A stretch of 64,000 nt of DNA, from positions 39,782 through 103,781 of the forward strand of contig JBOFIT010000111.1 in assembly GCA_051650305.1 (NCBI GenBank). The letters are read 5' to 3'. Below the pieces are notes generated by a model that had not been told where the DNA came from, searched no databases, and saw nothing but the letters and a program-made list of their open reading frames with translations. The stretch is from Cellulosilyticaceae bacterium. GTDB taxonomy: Bacteria > Bacillota > Clostridia > Lachnospirales > Cellulosilyticaceae. Below are positions 46,708 to 55,810 of this stretch, piece by piece. Each line of letters starts with the position of its first letter. Position 1 is the stretch's first letter. Both the position numbers and the translations under genes were made by a program.

Positions 46708-48189
46708 GTGCACACATCCCGTATAAGTACCCATGTCTATTATTTTCCTTTTTCATGGCGTAAGGAAAGCATCAAACGTAATTTTCAGTTTAAGCAACAT
46801 AAACAAATGGCAGATGGTGAAGTGGGGAAGATTGCTGCATGGCAGATGCGTCAGCATCACATTATAGAAGATAAGCATTATAATGAACTGGTGTATTTTT
46901 ATAAACCGGTGCAGGCACTTCTTCACGAACAAAAGCAAGGGTGCATCGTAAAGGTCTATGAAAAAGAAAAACTTCAATCAAAAGATGAACTAATCATGGT
47001 AGTGGATGGTAGACAGTATACGCTTCATATAGCAGATCTTACCCTGAAGTTTTATAAAAGTGGCATTGGGATTTTAAGCTTAGAAGTGGTGAATGACAAA
47101 TATAAAGAGCCAGAAGAAATCATAGGGATTAATGGACTGGGAAAATGTGTGTACCCTTATATCCTGCCTATTGAACATGCACAGAAAGATTATTTTCCAG
47201 AGCGCATTGTCTTTAAACTTGGCGATGAAACAATCGTCGAGAATTTTGATAAGCAGTATAAAAAATCACCGATGATTGTGGCAGACTTTATTATGGCGCT
47301 TTTAGGACCTGATTTTTACTGTGAAGGGCAAGTGAGAGGTAGTGCACGATTTGCCATCGAACCGCTGTTTAGCAATCGTATGTTTACCCTGTGTCTCTAC
47401 AAAAATCAGCAGTTACTTGAAAACATAAAGAATAAAACGGTGAAGGAACATTTCTTACGTCAATTTATGGTGTTTAGCCGTAAAGAAAAAGTCTTCGATG
47501 TCCATTATATCGAGCTTCCTAAAGTGCTGTATGGCATTGGGCGATTCGCTTTGATCGGTATTACTGCAGATGAAAAAGAAAGTAAACTTTATAATGAACT
47601 CACCACCTTAGCCATCGTGCAGCGTGCCAGTCTCTTGCATTTTTCAAATCAGATAGCGTTTATCACCACGTTACCAAAAGAGCAAGTGGTATCAGGGATC
47701 GGGAACTTGTATGAAATCTACATGCAGTTTGTGAATCAGATGTACTTTCATGAGGTGACGGTAGATGTACAGGGGTCTTGTATTTATGAAGGCTTACTTA
47801 AGCAACTGAGAATCAAGGAAGAGATGCAAGACTTGGTGTTTGAGATGAGAGAAGTCCATGAGTATACTTCTTTTATACAGAAGAATCAATCCCAGTCGAG
47901 GATGGATATGCTGGCAGTGGTGGGGACGCTACTGGTAATTCCTACTTTTGTGACGGGCTTTTTTGGGATGAACATTCTAGAAGAAGGGTTTATACGTTGG
48001 TGGGAAAGGAAAGATATCCTACTCTTTATTAATAGCTATGTGATTCTTCCGGTCTTTGCGATACTGGGAGTGTATAGTTGGTGGGTGAAAGGGCATCGGT
48101 ATGAGAAAGTATGGCGACTGATGTTAGCCATTGCTATGATTGGCAGTTTAGTGGTTTTACTTACTCAAGGGTGTGGGCTTTCAAAATAG
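46708..48189 (+). CDS. CorA-like divalent-cation channel family protein with an enlarged N-terminal domain
   Basis: C-terminal FVTGFFGMN (GMN signature) at the end of a TM helix, followed by two further hydrophobic helices. About 400-aa N-terminal soluble region that I do not recognise. GTG start after AGGAAAGGAAG. Confidence 0.6.
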   Translation: MHTSRISTHVYYFPFSWRKESIKRNFQFKQHKQMADGEVGKIAAWQMRQHHIIEDKHYNELVYFYKPVQALLHEQKQGCIVKVYEKEKLQSKDELIMVVDGRQYTLHIADLTLKFYKSGIGILSLEVVNDKYKEPEEIIGINGLGKCVYPYILPIEHAQKDYFPERIVFKLGDETIVENFDKQYKKSPMIVADFIMALLGPDFYCEGQVRGSARFAIEPLFSNRMFTLCLYKNQQLLENIKNKTVKEHFLRQFMVFSRKEKVFDVHYIELPKVLYGIGRFALIGITADEKESKLYNELTTLAIVQRASLLHFSNQIAFITTLPKEQVVSGIGNLYEIYMQFVNQMYFHEVTVDVQGSCIYEGLLKQLRIKEEMQDLVFEMREVHEYTSFIQKNQSQSRMDMLAVVGTLLVIPTFVTGFFGMNILEEGFIRWWERKDILLFINSYVILPVFAILGVYSWWVKGHRYEKVWRLMLAIAMIGSLVVLLTQGCGLSK

Positions 48190-48204
48190 AAATAACGCCA
48201 TAAT

Positions 48205-48230
48205 AAAAGGACATCAGCCGATGTCCTTTT
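48205..48230. terminator. Bidirectional terminator between the CorA-like gene and pepF
   Basis: AAAAGGACATC, loop AGCC, GATGTCCTTTT. Confidence 0.85.
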
Positions 48231-48246
48231 ATTGTTCTATTGGGTA

Positions 48247-50049
48247 TTAGAGTGTCTTGAACTCTTCGATGAGTTCTTTGAACACATGGAGTGCTTCTTC
48301 GATAGGAGCTTTGGTACTCATATCAACCCCAGCATTTTTTAAGAGGTCGATAGGGTCTTTGGAAGAGCCACCACTTAGGAAAGACTTGTATTTGGTGACA
48401 GCTTCTTCGCCTTTTTCTAGGATGCCTGTGGAAAGGGCGATGGCAGCTGAGAAACCAGTAGCGTATTGGTACACATAGAATGGTGTATTGTAGAAGTGAG
48501 GTATACGTGACCATTCGATGGCGATGGCCTCGTCTACCACCATGTCATCTCCGTGATACTTCTTCACAAGGTTGTAATAAGTGTCGCAAATCACATCTGT
48601 TGTAAGGCTTTCACCAGATGAAGCTTTGTCGAAGATAATCTTCTCAAATTCAGCAAACATAGTTTGACGATAAACAGTGGTTCTGAATTGCTCCATAAAG
48701 TGGTTGAGTAAGTATTTGCGGTACAGTGGGTCTGTCGTTGTCTTTAAAAGATACTGCATAAGAAGTGCTTCGTTTACTGTAGAAGCTACTTCAGCTACGA
48801 AGATGCAGTAACTTCCGTAAGCGTAAGGTTGTGTGCCATGAGAAAGGTAACTGTGTACAGCGTGGCCCATCTCATGAGCGAGGGTAAAGAGGTTGTCGAG
48901 ATTATCCATGTAGTTCATGAGTACGTAAGGGTGTGCTAAGCCATGGCAACCCCAAGAGTAGGCACCTGAACGTTTCCCTTGGTTCTCGTATTTATCAATC
49001 CAACGATTGTCGAAAGCTTCTTTTAAGATAGCGATATAATCTTCACCCAGTGGTGCAAGGGCTTGAAGAACGATGTCACATGCTTCATCGAAGGTGATGT
49101 GCTTGCTGAAGTCTTTCACAAGAGGAACAGCGAGGTCGTACATATGAAGTGTATCAACGCCTAGTTGATCTTTACGTACGGCTAAGTAGTCGTGCATAAG
49201 ATTCACGTTATCGCTTATGGTATCGATGAGATTGGTGTATACCGCAGTTGGAATGTTGTTTTTGTCTAAAGACTTCTCCATGGTAGAAGGGAAGTTACGT
49301 ACTTTAGCAAAAAGATTGGACTGGGCAACGTTGGAACTGAGAATGCTAGAAAGTGTATTTTTAAAGCTTAAATACACACTGTAGAAAGCTTCGAAAGCTT
49401 CCTGACGTACACGGCGGTCTTCACTTTCTAGGCAGGTAATGAAATTCCCATGTGTAAGTGTGAGAGGATTTCCGTTGCTATCTGTAATGGTAGGGAAGGT
49501 GATATCTGCATCGTGGAACATGGCATAGATATTTTTCGGAGCATTCCCTACTTCTTGGAACTTGGCAAGTAAAGACTCAGTAGATGGATCTAAGATATGC
49601 GCTTTCTGACGTTGAAGTTCTTCGAATTGACGACGGTAAACGCCAAGTTCTGGTACTTGGGTAACGAAAGTTTCGAAGCTTTCAGGTGATAGTTCGCTGA
49701 GTTCAGGATTGACGAAGGCAGTACGTGCCCCCGCATCGATGAGAAGCTTTTCAGATTGGCTAGCAAGTCCTTGATAGAAACTATTGCCACCATCTTGATG
49801 AAGGCGCATATGGGTATAAAGATAAATCTTCTCAATAACCATAGCAAAGGCATCGGATACTTGAAGGGCTTCATAAAGAGTAGCCCCATCAGCAGTAAGC
49901 TTACCTTGGTATTTTGAAAAATCTTCGAGTGCTTTATAGGAAGCAGCGATGCTTGAGGTAACCTCAGCATCAGAGGCGAACATATCTTCTAAGCGCCAAG
50001 TGTTTTCTGATTGGACATCAGAACGTTTTTTTAAAGTGTGTGATGACAT
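48247..50049 (-). CDS. pepF: Oligoendopeptidase F (M3B)
   Basis: 600 aa. HEMGHAVH zinc motif. Typical PepF N-terminus with WRLEDMF. Confidence 0.92.
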   Translation of the reverse strand: MSSHTLKKRSDVQSENTWRLEDMFASDAEVTSSIAASYKALEDFSKYQGKLTADGATLYEALQVSDAFAMVIEKIYLYTHMRLHQDGGNSFYQGLASQSEKLLIDAGARTAFVNPELSELSPESFETFVTQVPELGVYRRQFEELQRQKAHILDPSTESLLAKFQEVGNAPKNIYAMFHDADITFPTITDSNGNPLTLTHGNFITCLESEDRRVRQEAFEAFYSVYLSFKNTLSSILSSNVAQSNLFAKVRNFPSTMEKSLDKNNIPTAVYTNLIDTISDNVNLMHDYLAVRKDQLGVDTLHMYDLAVPLVKDFSKHITFDEACDIVLQALAPLGEDYIAILKEAFDNRWIDKYENQGKRSGAYSWGCHGLAHPYVLMNYMDNLDNLFTLAHEMGHAVHSYLSHGTQPYAYGSYCIFVAEVASTVNEALLMQYLLKTTTDPLYRKYLLNHFMEQFRTTVYRQTMFAEFEKIIFDKASSGESLTTDVICDTYYNLVKKYHGDDMVVDEAIAIEWSRIPHFYNTPFYVYQYATGFSAAIALSTGILEKGEEAVTKYKSFLSGGSSKDPIDLLKNAGVDMSTKAPIEEALHVFKELIEEFKTL

Positions 50050-50168
50050 AAAAAAAATCTCCTTTCTTTTTGTAAAACAAATTTTAGAATTTAAACAAGC
50101 TTAATTTAGTATACTACGAATAATGGAAAAACATAAGAAAAAAAAGAAAATAATGCCGTAGAATTGCT

Positions 50169-50197
50169 TTGATATTTTAAAGGGGCTTTGCTATACT
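50169..50197 (+). promoter_or_regulatory. Candidate sigma-A promoter of the dppA-PHP-cobCST operon
   Basis: TTGATA (50169-50174), a 17-nt spacer, then TATACT (50192-50197), about 38 nt upstream of the ATG. Confidence 0.45.
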
Positions 50198-50235
50198 AAC
50201 AATAAGAATAGAGAGTCTAAAAGGTAGGTGACGAG

Positions 50236-51027
50236 ATGAAACTTTTTATCAGTGCAGATATAGAAGGTATAACAGGTATATCCACATGGGAAGAGGCTGC
50301 CAATGCCCCAAATCATGAAGCGAAGGAACGCATGACAAAAGAAGTAGCAGCAGCTTGTAAAGGCGCCATCGAGGCAGGTGTACGAGAGATTGTCATTAAA
50401 GATGCCCATGGAGATGGCAAGAATTTGCTCTATCCACTTTTGCCACGTATTGCAAAACTCATTTCAGGTTGGAGTAATCACCCGTATAATATGGTGGAGG
50501 GCTTAGATGATACATTTGATGGGATTGCTTTTATCGGGTATCATTCTCATGCAACGTCTAATGCATCACCACTGGCGCATACATTGGAGCCACGAAGTAT
50601 CCGCGGCATTTATATCAATGACAAGCCAGCCAGTGAATTTCTCATTTATGCTTATGCTGCAACGATGATAGGTGTACCTATTGTAGCAGTGAGTGGCGAT
50701 GGTGGACTCGTACGTGAAGTACGTCAGTGGGATGAAAAGATAGCAGCAGTAGCTGTACAAGAAGGCTTTGGTGGTGGTGTCGTAAGTATCCATCCAGAAG
50801 TGGCCCTAGAACGTATCGAAAAAGCAGTTAAGACAGGGGTGGAGCAACTTGCATCCACGCAGTTACGCACCATGCCAGAAGTCTTTAATTTGAAGATTGT
50901 CTTTAAACGCCATCAAGATGCCTATAAGTATTCGTTTTATCCAGGCGTGAAGCAAATTGATGAGTTTACTATTTCTTATACATCAGATGACTATATGGAT
51001 ATTTTGACACTTTTATTATTTATCTAG
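50236..51027 (+). CDS. M55-family D-aminopeptidase (DppA-like)
   Basis: MKLFISADIEGITG N-terminus, KDAHG, MVEGLDDTF and FIGYH closely parallel B. subtilis DppA. Confidence 0.85.
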   Translation: MKLFISADIEGITGISTWEEAANAPNHEAKERMTKEVAAACKGAIEAGVREIVIKDAHGDGKNLLYPLLPRIAKLISGWSNHPYNMVEGLDDTFDGIAFIGYHSHATSNASPLAHTLEPRSIRGIYINDKPASEFLIYAYAATMIGVPIVAVSGDGGLVREVRQWDEKIAAVAVQEGFGGGVVSIHPEVALERIEKAVKTGVEQLASTQLRTMPEVFNLKIVFKRHQDAYKYSFYPGVKQIDEFTISYTSDDYMDILTLLLFI

Positions 51028-51043
51028 AGGGAGGACGACTAAG

Positions 51044-51808
51044 ATGTTTGATTGTCATTTACATACAGCGTACTCGGCAGATTCAAAGATGGCGCTAGAT
51101 GAGGTGGTGGCACAATGCCAGCATCTAGGTATAGGCTGTATTTTAACAGAACACATGGATATGGATTTTCCAGGTGACTTGGTGTTTGAATGTGATGTAC
51201 CAGCGTATTTTAAGGCGTATGCACCAATGCGTAGTGAAAAGCTTCTCTTAGGCATTGAGATAGGGATGCAACCAAGTGTGGTTAAGGAAAACCAAGAACT
51301 CATCAGTGCATATCCTTTTGATTTTGTACTCGTATCTACTCATGTAGTAGACGGTGTGGACTTGTGTAACGAAGCGTACTATAAAGGTCGTACCAAAGAA
51401 GAGGCTTTCGGACGCTACTTTGAGGTGATGTGTGAGAACATACAGCAACTTGAAGACTTTGATGCCATGAGTCATATGGATTACATTTCACGCTATTGCC
51501 CTTATGAAGATGCGGAGATTACTTATGAGGTATTTCAAGGGGAAATAGACCAAGTACTTGAGGTTTTAGTGACTAAAGGTAAGGTGCTTGAAGTGAATAC
51601 CAAGCGTTTTAGATTGCCAGGTGTGAAAGCCAACTACGAAAAGATACTTAAAAGGTACAAGGAACTTGGTGGACAAGCCGTTACATTAGGTTCTGATGCC
51701 CATCAAAGTATGTATATCGGTTCACATTTTGCAGAAGCTAAGGCGTTATGTGATAGGGTGGGATTAGAAGTTGTTTACTTTAAAGAGCGTCTACGTAGGT
51801 CCTTGTAA
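51044..51808 (+). CDS. PHP-domain phosphoesterase (histidinol-phosphatase HisJ-like)
   Basis: MFDCHLHTAYSAD PHP motif I, later H/D motifs (THV, SHMDY), and LGSDAH near the C-terminus. Confidence 0.65.
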   Translation: MFDCHLHTAYSADSKMALDEVVAQCQHLGIGCILTEHMDMDFPGDLVFECDVPAYFKAYAPMRSEKLLLGIEIGMQPSVVKENQELISAYPFDFVLVSTHVVDGVDLCNEAYYKGRTKEEAFGRYFEVMCENIQQLEDFDAMSHMDYISRYCPYEDAEITYEVFQGEIDQVLEVLVTKGKVLEVNTKRFRLPGVKANYEKILKRYKELGGQAVTLGSDAHQSMYIGSHFAEAKALCDRVGLEVVYFKERLRRSL

Positions 51809-51823
51809 AGAAGGAGGAAAGCG

Positions 51824-52399
51824 ATGAAAATATACTGGGTAAGACATGGGAAGACCGAACAAAATGTCAACCAAAATTATTATGGCAAACTGGATGCAAG
51901 GTTGACACCAGAAGGCATACAGGAAGTGAAAAGTATCTGTACCAATTTTGATGATTGTATCAATGTCTATATGAGTCCAGCGGCAAGAGCTGTGGAGACC
52001 GCAAGCCTTTTGTTTCAAGGGATTTACTTTAATCCGGATTCCAGACTTCTTGAGCGTAACATGGGTATCTTTGAGGGGATGAGTGACCGAGACATCAAGG
52101 CAAAGTATCCGAAGGAACGCGAAGAGTGGTATAAAGATTGGCGAAACTATGTGATTCCTGACGGTGAAAGTGCGACGATGCAGTATGAACGTGTACGTCG
52201 TTTTATTCAGGAAAGAGAGCGCGAAGGCAAAGATGCTATTGTGGTATGTCATGCGGGGACCATACGTATGGCTTTAAGTTATATGCTAGGAGAAAATCTT
52301 GATATGTTTTGGAAATTCAAGGTAGATACTGGCATTGTCGTTACGACTACCTTTGAAGACAGATACTGGTATATAGAGATGGCTAGAAAATATTATTAA
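51824..52399 (+). CDS. cobC: Histidine-phosphatase-family protein, probable alpha-ribazole phosphatase
   Basis: WVRHGKT (RHG catalytic motif) and CHAGTIR. Directly upstream of cobS-cobT. Confidence 0.7.
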   Translation: MKIYWVRHGKTEQNVNQNYYGKLDARLTPEGIQEVKSICTNFDDCINVYMSPAARAVETASLLFQGIYFNPDSRLLERNMGIFEGMSDRDIKAKYPKEREEWYKDWRNYVIPDGESATMQYERVRRFIQEREREGKDAIVVCHAGTIRMALSYMLGENLDMFWKFKVDTGIVVTTTFEDRYWYIEMARKYY

Positions 52400-52413
52400 A
52401 AGTGAGGTAGTGT

Positions 52414-53166
52414 ATGAAAAGTGTACAGCATTTTGTACTGGGCATGCAGTTTTTAACCCGCATCCCACTTACAAAAAAGGCAGTGCCATGTGAACCAAAG
52501 GATTTTAAAGGAGCCATGGGCTTCTTTACAACCATAGGGCTTATCGTAGGGCTTATTCAATACGGGGCTTATGTAGTAGGTGCATGGCTTGTAAGTCCAC
52601 TTATAGGGTCACTATGTGCAACGGTGGCAGGTATATGGACCACAGGTGGGTTACATTTAGATGGCCTAGCAGATGTGTTTGACGGCTTTGGCGCCAATCA
52701 GTCAAAAGAAAGAACGTTAGAAATTATGAAGGATAGCAGAGTCGGTAGCTTCGGGGCACTTGCCCTTATACTTGATTTTGCTATCCACTTTATTGCCATT
52801 TATAGTTTAAGTGTGCAACCTTTATTCATTATATGGATACCTGTAGCAGGTAAGGCTTCAGTCTGCCTTTTATGCTTTATAGGGAAAAATATAAAAGAAG
52901 GAATGGGTGCCCTTTGGATTCAAAATATAGGTGGCACCCGATTAAGTATTAATCTACTTTTTGCGCTTCTGCTGGGTGCGATACTGAGTAATGGCTTGGT
53001 GGCATTAGGTGGTATGGTCGTTATTATAAGTGTGACTTGGTGGGTGAATCGTTTGTTTGTGCAGAAATTAGGAGGCCTGAACGGTGATGCACTGGGTGCG
53101 ATGCAGCAATTAATGGAATGGGCGATGCTTCTTTATACCTTAATTGTGGCGTATAAGTGGCAGTAA
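52414..53166 (+). CDS. cobS: Adenosylcobinamide-GDP ribazoletransferase (cobalamin synthase)
   Basis: Polytopic membrane protein with FLTRIP and GGLHLDGLADVFDG motifs. Confidence 0.9.
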   Translation: MKSVQHFVLGMQFLTRIPLTKKAVPCEPKDFKGAMGFFTTIGLIVGLIQYGAYVVGAWLVSPLIGSLCATVAGIWTTGGLHLDGLADVFDGFGANQSKERTLEIMKDSRVGSFGALALILDFAIHFIAIYSLSVQPLFIIWIPVAGKASVCLLCFIGKNIKEGMGALWIQNIGGTRLSINLLFALLLGAILSNGLVALGGMVVIISVTWWVNRLFVQKLGGLNGDALGAMQQLMEWAMLLYTLIVAYKWQ

Positions 53167-53204
53167 GTACCGTATAGATTAAAGAAAGTAATGGAGAATT
53201 CAAT

Positions 53205-54284
53205 ATGTTAGAATCATTAAAGACTTATATAGAAGCCATCCCACTACCCAATGAAGAGGTGGCAAAGGAGATGGAGCGTTATATAGATGGTCTTACGAAA
53301 CCAGTAGGGTCACTTGGTAAACTAGAGAAGATGGTCATTCAGTTAGCAAGCTTACAGGAAACGCTAGCAGTTAAGACAAAGCCACGTGCAACGATTATCA
53401 TGTGTGCAGATAATGGGGTATGTGACCAAGGAGTAAGTAGCTGTCCCCAAGAAGTGACGGCGACGGTAACGTATAATTTTACCCGAGGCATTACAGCGAT
53501 GAACCGCTTAAGTGCTTTTGCAGATGCGTACATGCATGTGGTGGATATAGGGGTAAAAGAACCTGTCATACATCCTGATATACGTGAAAGACGGGTGATG
53601 GCAGGGACGAGAGATATGAGTATACAGCCAGCCATGACAAAGGAAGAGGCGCTTCAAGCCATATGGGTAGGCATAGAAGAGGCAGAAGGATTAATGGCAG
53701 AGGGGTATCAGCTCTTTGGCACAGGGGAGATGGGGATTGGTAATACCACCACATCGGCGGCTGTGGCAGCAGTACTTCTAGGACAGGAGGTAGCAGAAGT
53801 CACAGGTAAAGGTGCAGGTGCAGGTGATGAGGTATACCAAAGCAAGGTGGGGGCTATTGAAAAAGCCATCCGCTTGCATCAGCCAGATGCTTCAGACCCA
53901 TTAGATGTATTAGCAAAAGTAGGTGGACTGGATCTAGCAGGATTAGTGGGTGTGTATCTGGCAGCGGCTAAGCATCAAAAGCTAGTGGTAATAGATGGCT
54001 TTATCGCTGCCAGTGCGGCTTTAGTAGCTTATAGCTTATGTGAGAAGACAAGATGCGTCATGGTAGCATCCCATCTTTCAAAAGAAGTAGGGATGCAAAA
54101 AATACTGCAAAAGCTAGGGTTAGAAGCACATTTTGACTTGGGAATGCGACTGGGCGAAGGTAGTGGATGCCCGATCCTTTTTCAAGTACTAGATATGGCA
54201 GTGTATACACTTCTAGGTATGGGGACATTTGAAGAGGCTGGGGTTGATAAAACAGACTACGAGAATGTATGGAAGAAAAAGTAA
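53205..54284 (+). CDS. cobT: Nicotinate-nucleotide--dimethylbenzimidazole phosphoribosyltransferase
   Basis: GEMGIGNTTTSAA and RLGEGSG motifs. 359 aa. Confidence 0.92.
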   Translation: MLESLKTYIEAIPLPNEEVAKEMERYIDGLTKPVGSLGKLEKMVIQLASLQETLAVKTKPRATIIMCADNGVCDQGVSSCPQEVTATVTYNFTRGITAMNRLSAFADAYMHVVDIGVKEPVIHPDIRERRVMAGTRDMSIQPAMTKEEALQAIWVGIEEAEGLMAEGYQLFGTGEMGIGNTTTSAAVAAVLLGQEVAEVTGKGAGAGDEVYQSKVGAIEKAIRLHQPDASDPLDVLAKVGGLDLAGLVGVYLAAAKHQKLVVIDGFIAASAALVAYSLCEKTRCVMVASHLSKEVGMQKILQKLGLEAHFDLGMRLGEGSGCPILFQVLDMAVYTLLGMGTFEEAGVDKTDYENVWKKK

Positions 54285-54451
54285 GAAAAAAATAAATAAT
54301 TTCAAAAACTTAATGCAAAACTTGGAAAAAAGGTTATAATAAAAGGAGAATATTAAAAAACTAAATATAGATACAGATAGAGAAACTCAAAAAGAGAAAA
54401 TACCGATTGGGGTTGTGCAAAAAAAAGAATAAAATCGGATGGGGGATGAAG

Positions 54452-55717
54452 ATGTATTTAAAAAACATTGATATCAAAAATTACGGGGCCATTGAAAGTA
54501 TCGCTATTGAAACAGCTTTCTATGAAAATGGTAGTCCAAAGCCACTTATCATTACTGGACATAACGGAGCAGGAAAGACCCTTTTATTGACTAATATAGT
54601 TGATGCGATGATTGAAATTAAAAAGACAGATCGTAGCAATACGGAAGATGAGATAGAGGCTTATAAAGCTGAAAACAAAAAATACATTCGTAGTGGTGCC
54701 AGTGAGTACATTGTCAAAATGCGCTTTGAAGAAAATGATAAGACGGTGGATTATATCGATGTCATGTCAAAGAACATCAGTGCGTCTATGAAAAAAGAAG
54801 TCATCAAAGAACTTCAATCAAAAGAAAAGTTCCTAGAGACGGGATGCTATAAAAACACAAGTCAAGGAAGTCACCAGATTCAAAAGCAAGTACTTTGTTA
54901 CTTCCCAACAGACAGATACTATAATCCAGCGTGGTTCGATAAAAAAGAATCTGATAAGATTTATAGAGATAAACGCAAGATGATGGATAATAGAGGGGCA
55001 TCAAAGATCGTTAAAGGCAATCTTCTGGAGCAAGTAGAAAGCTGGATTTTAGATGTACTTCTCGATAAGTACCTGTATGAGCAAGTCACAGAAACCAAAG
55101 AATACTACGTGAAAGATCATTATATTAAAGATCAAGGCGATGTTTATGCCCCTAAGTCTGTGAAAGAGTTTACAGGTTATAGAGGCAAGAACAGCACCAT
55201 TTTAAGTATCATTAATAGTCTTCTTAGCGTTATTTATACCAATAAATACGAGAATTTAGAGTATGCACGTATAGGTGTATCAAGTAAGCGCGATCGCTCT
55301 ATTTCTATCTTTATCAAGAAAAAAGAAGAAAAAGAATTTGAGATTGCTTCTGATTTTTCATGCTTATCTTCGGGAGAAATCATGGTGCTTTCACTTTTTG
55401 TCAGCATCTTAAAAGAGTACGATATCATCAATGCATCTCGTGCATTTAGTGTGGAACAAGTAGAGGGAATCGTCGTTATTGATGAAGTAGACCAAAACCT
55501 ACATATCCGATTCGCTAAAGAAATCTTACCGATTCTTATAAGCACTTTCCCACGTATTCAGTTTATTATAACCACCCATTCACCTTTCTTTATGTTAGGG
55601 ATGCAAGATGCGATGAAAGAGCAGTTTTCTTACTTATCTATGCCAGAAGGTATGGTGCATACCCACCTTATAGGTATGGATGCGATTCGTGGATGCTACG
55701 AAGTCATCATCAAATAA
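54452..55717 (+). CDS. Stand-alone ABC/SMC-like (AAA_15/AAA_21-type) ATPase of unknown role
   Basis: YLKNIDIKNYG N-terminal strand, Walker A GHNGAGKT, about 270-aa K/E-rich insert, signature-like LSSGE, Walker B VVIDEVDQNLH, H-loop ITTHSP. The start could be 54446 or 54452 (GGGGGA upstream). The track ORF starts at TTG 54407. Confidence 0.75.
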   Translation: MYLKNIDIKNYGAIESIAIETAFYENGSPKPLIITGHNGAGKTLLLTNIVDAMIEIKKTDRSNTEDEIEAYKAENKKYIRSGASEYIVKMRFEENDKTVDYIDVMSKNISASMKKEVIKELQSKEKFLETGCYKNTSQGSHQIQKQVLCYFPTDRYYNPAWFDKKESDKIYRDKRKMMDNRGASKIVKGNLLEQVESWILDVLLDKYLYEQVTETKEYYVKDHYIKDQGDVYAPKSVKEFTGYRGKNSTILSIINSLLSVIYTNKYENLEYARIGVSSKRDRSISIFIKKKEEKEFEIASDFSCLSSGEIMVLSLFVSILKEYDIINASRAFSVEQVEGIVVIDEVDQNLHIRFAKEILPILISTFPRIQFIITTHSPFFMLGMQDAMKEQFSYLSMPEGMVHTHLIGMDAIRGCYEVIIK

Positions 55718-55732
55718 ATACAGGTAAAACTG

Positions 55733-55758
55733 ACCACTACACCCGTAGTGGTTTTTTT
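55733..55758 (+). terminator. Rho-independent terminator after the ATPase gene
   Basis: ACCACTAC, loop ACCC, GTAGTGGT, then T6. Confidence 0.85.
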
Positions 55759-55765
55759 ATAGGGC

Positions 55766-55779
55766 CTATGGTACCATAG
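55766..55779. repeat. Perfect 14-bp palindrome CTATGGTACCATAG
   Basis: Self-complementary over all 14 nt. Located between the ATPase terminator and the HAD gene start (55811). Confidence 0.85.
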
Positions 55780-55810
55780 AAAAAGAAAATAGAAAGAAAA
55801 GAGGGGCGAT

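Noticed and set aside
50050-50235. Cobalamin riboswitch ahead of the cobC-cobS-cobT-containing operon
   Set aside because: The 186-nt region is AT-rich, lacks a B12 box or multi-stem junction, and has no expression-platform hairpin.
51791-52252. 153-aa minus-strand ORF antisense to cobC
   Set aside because: It has no RBS and an odd composition. It lies fully inside a well-supported plus-strand gene within a tightly packed plus-strand operon.
54341-54436. Small upstream ORF after AAAAGGAGA in the ATPase leader
   Set aside because: The only in-frame start near the SD is ATT, with 3-nt spacing. This is not a credible initiation site.
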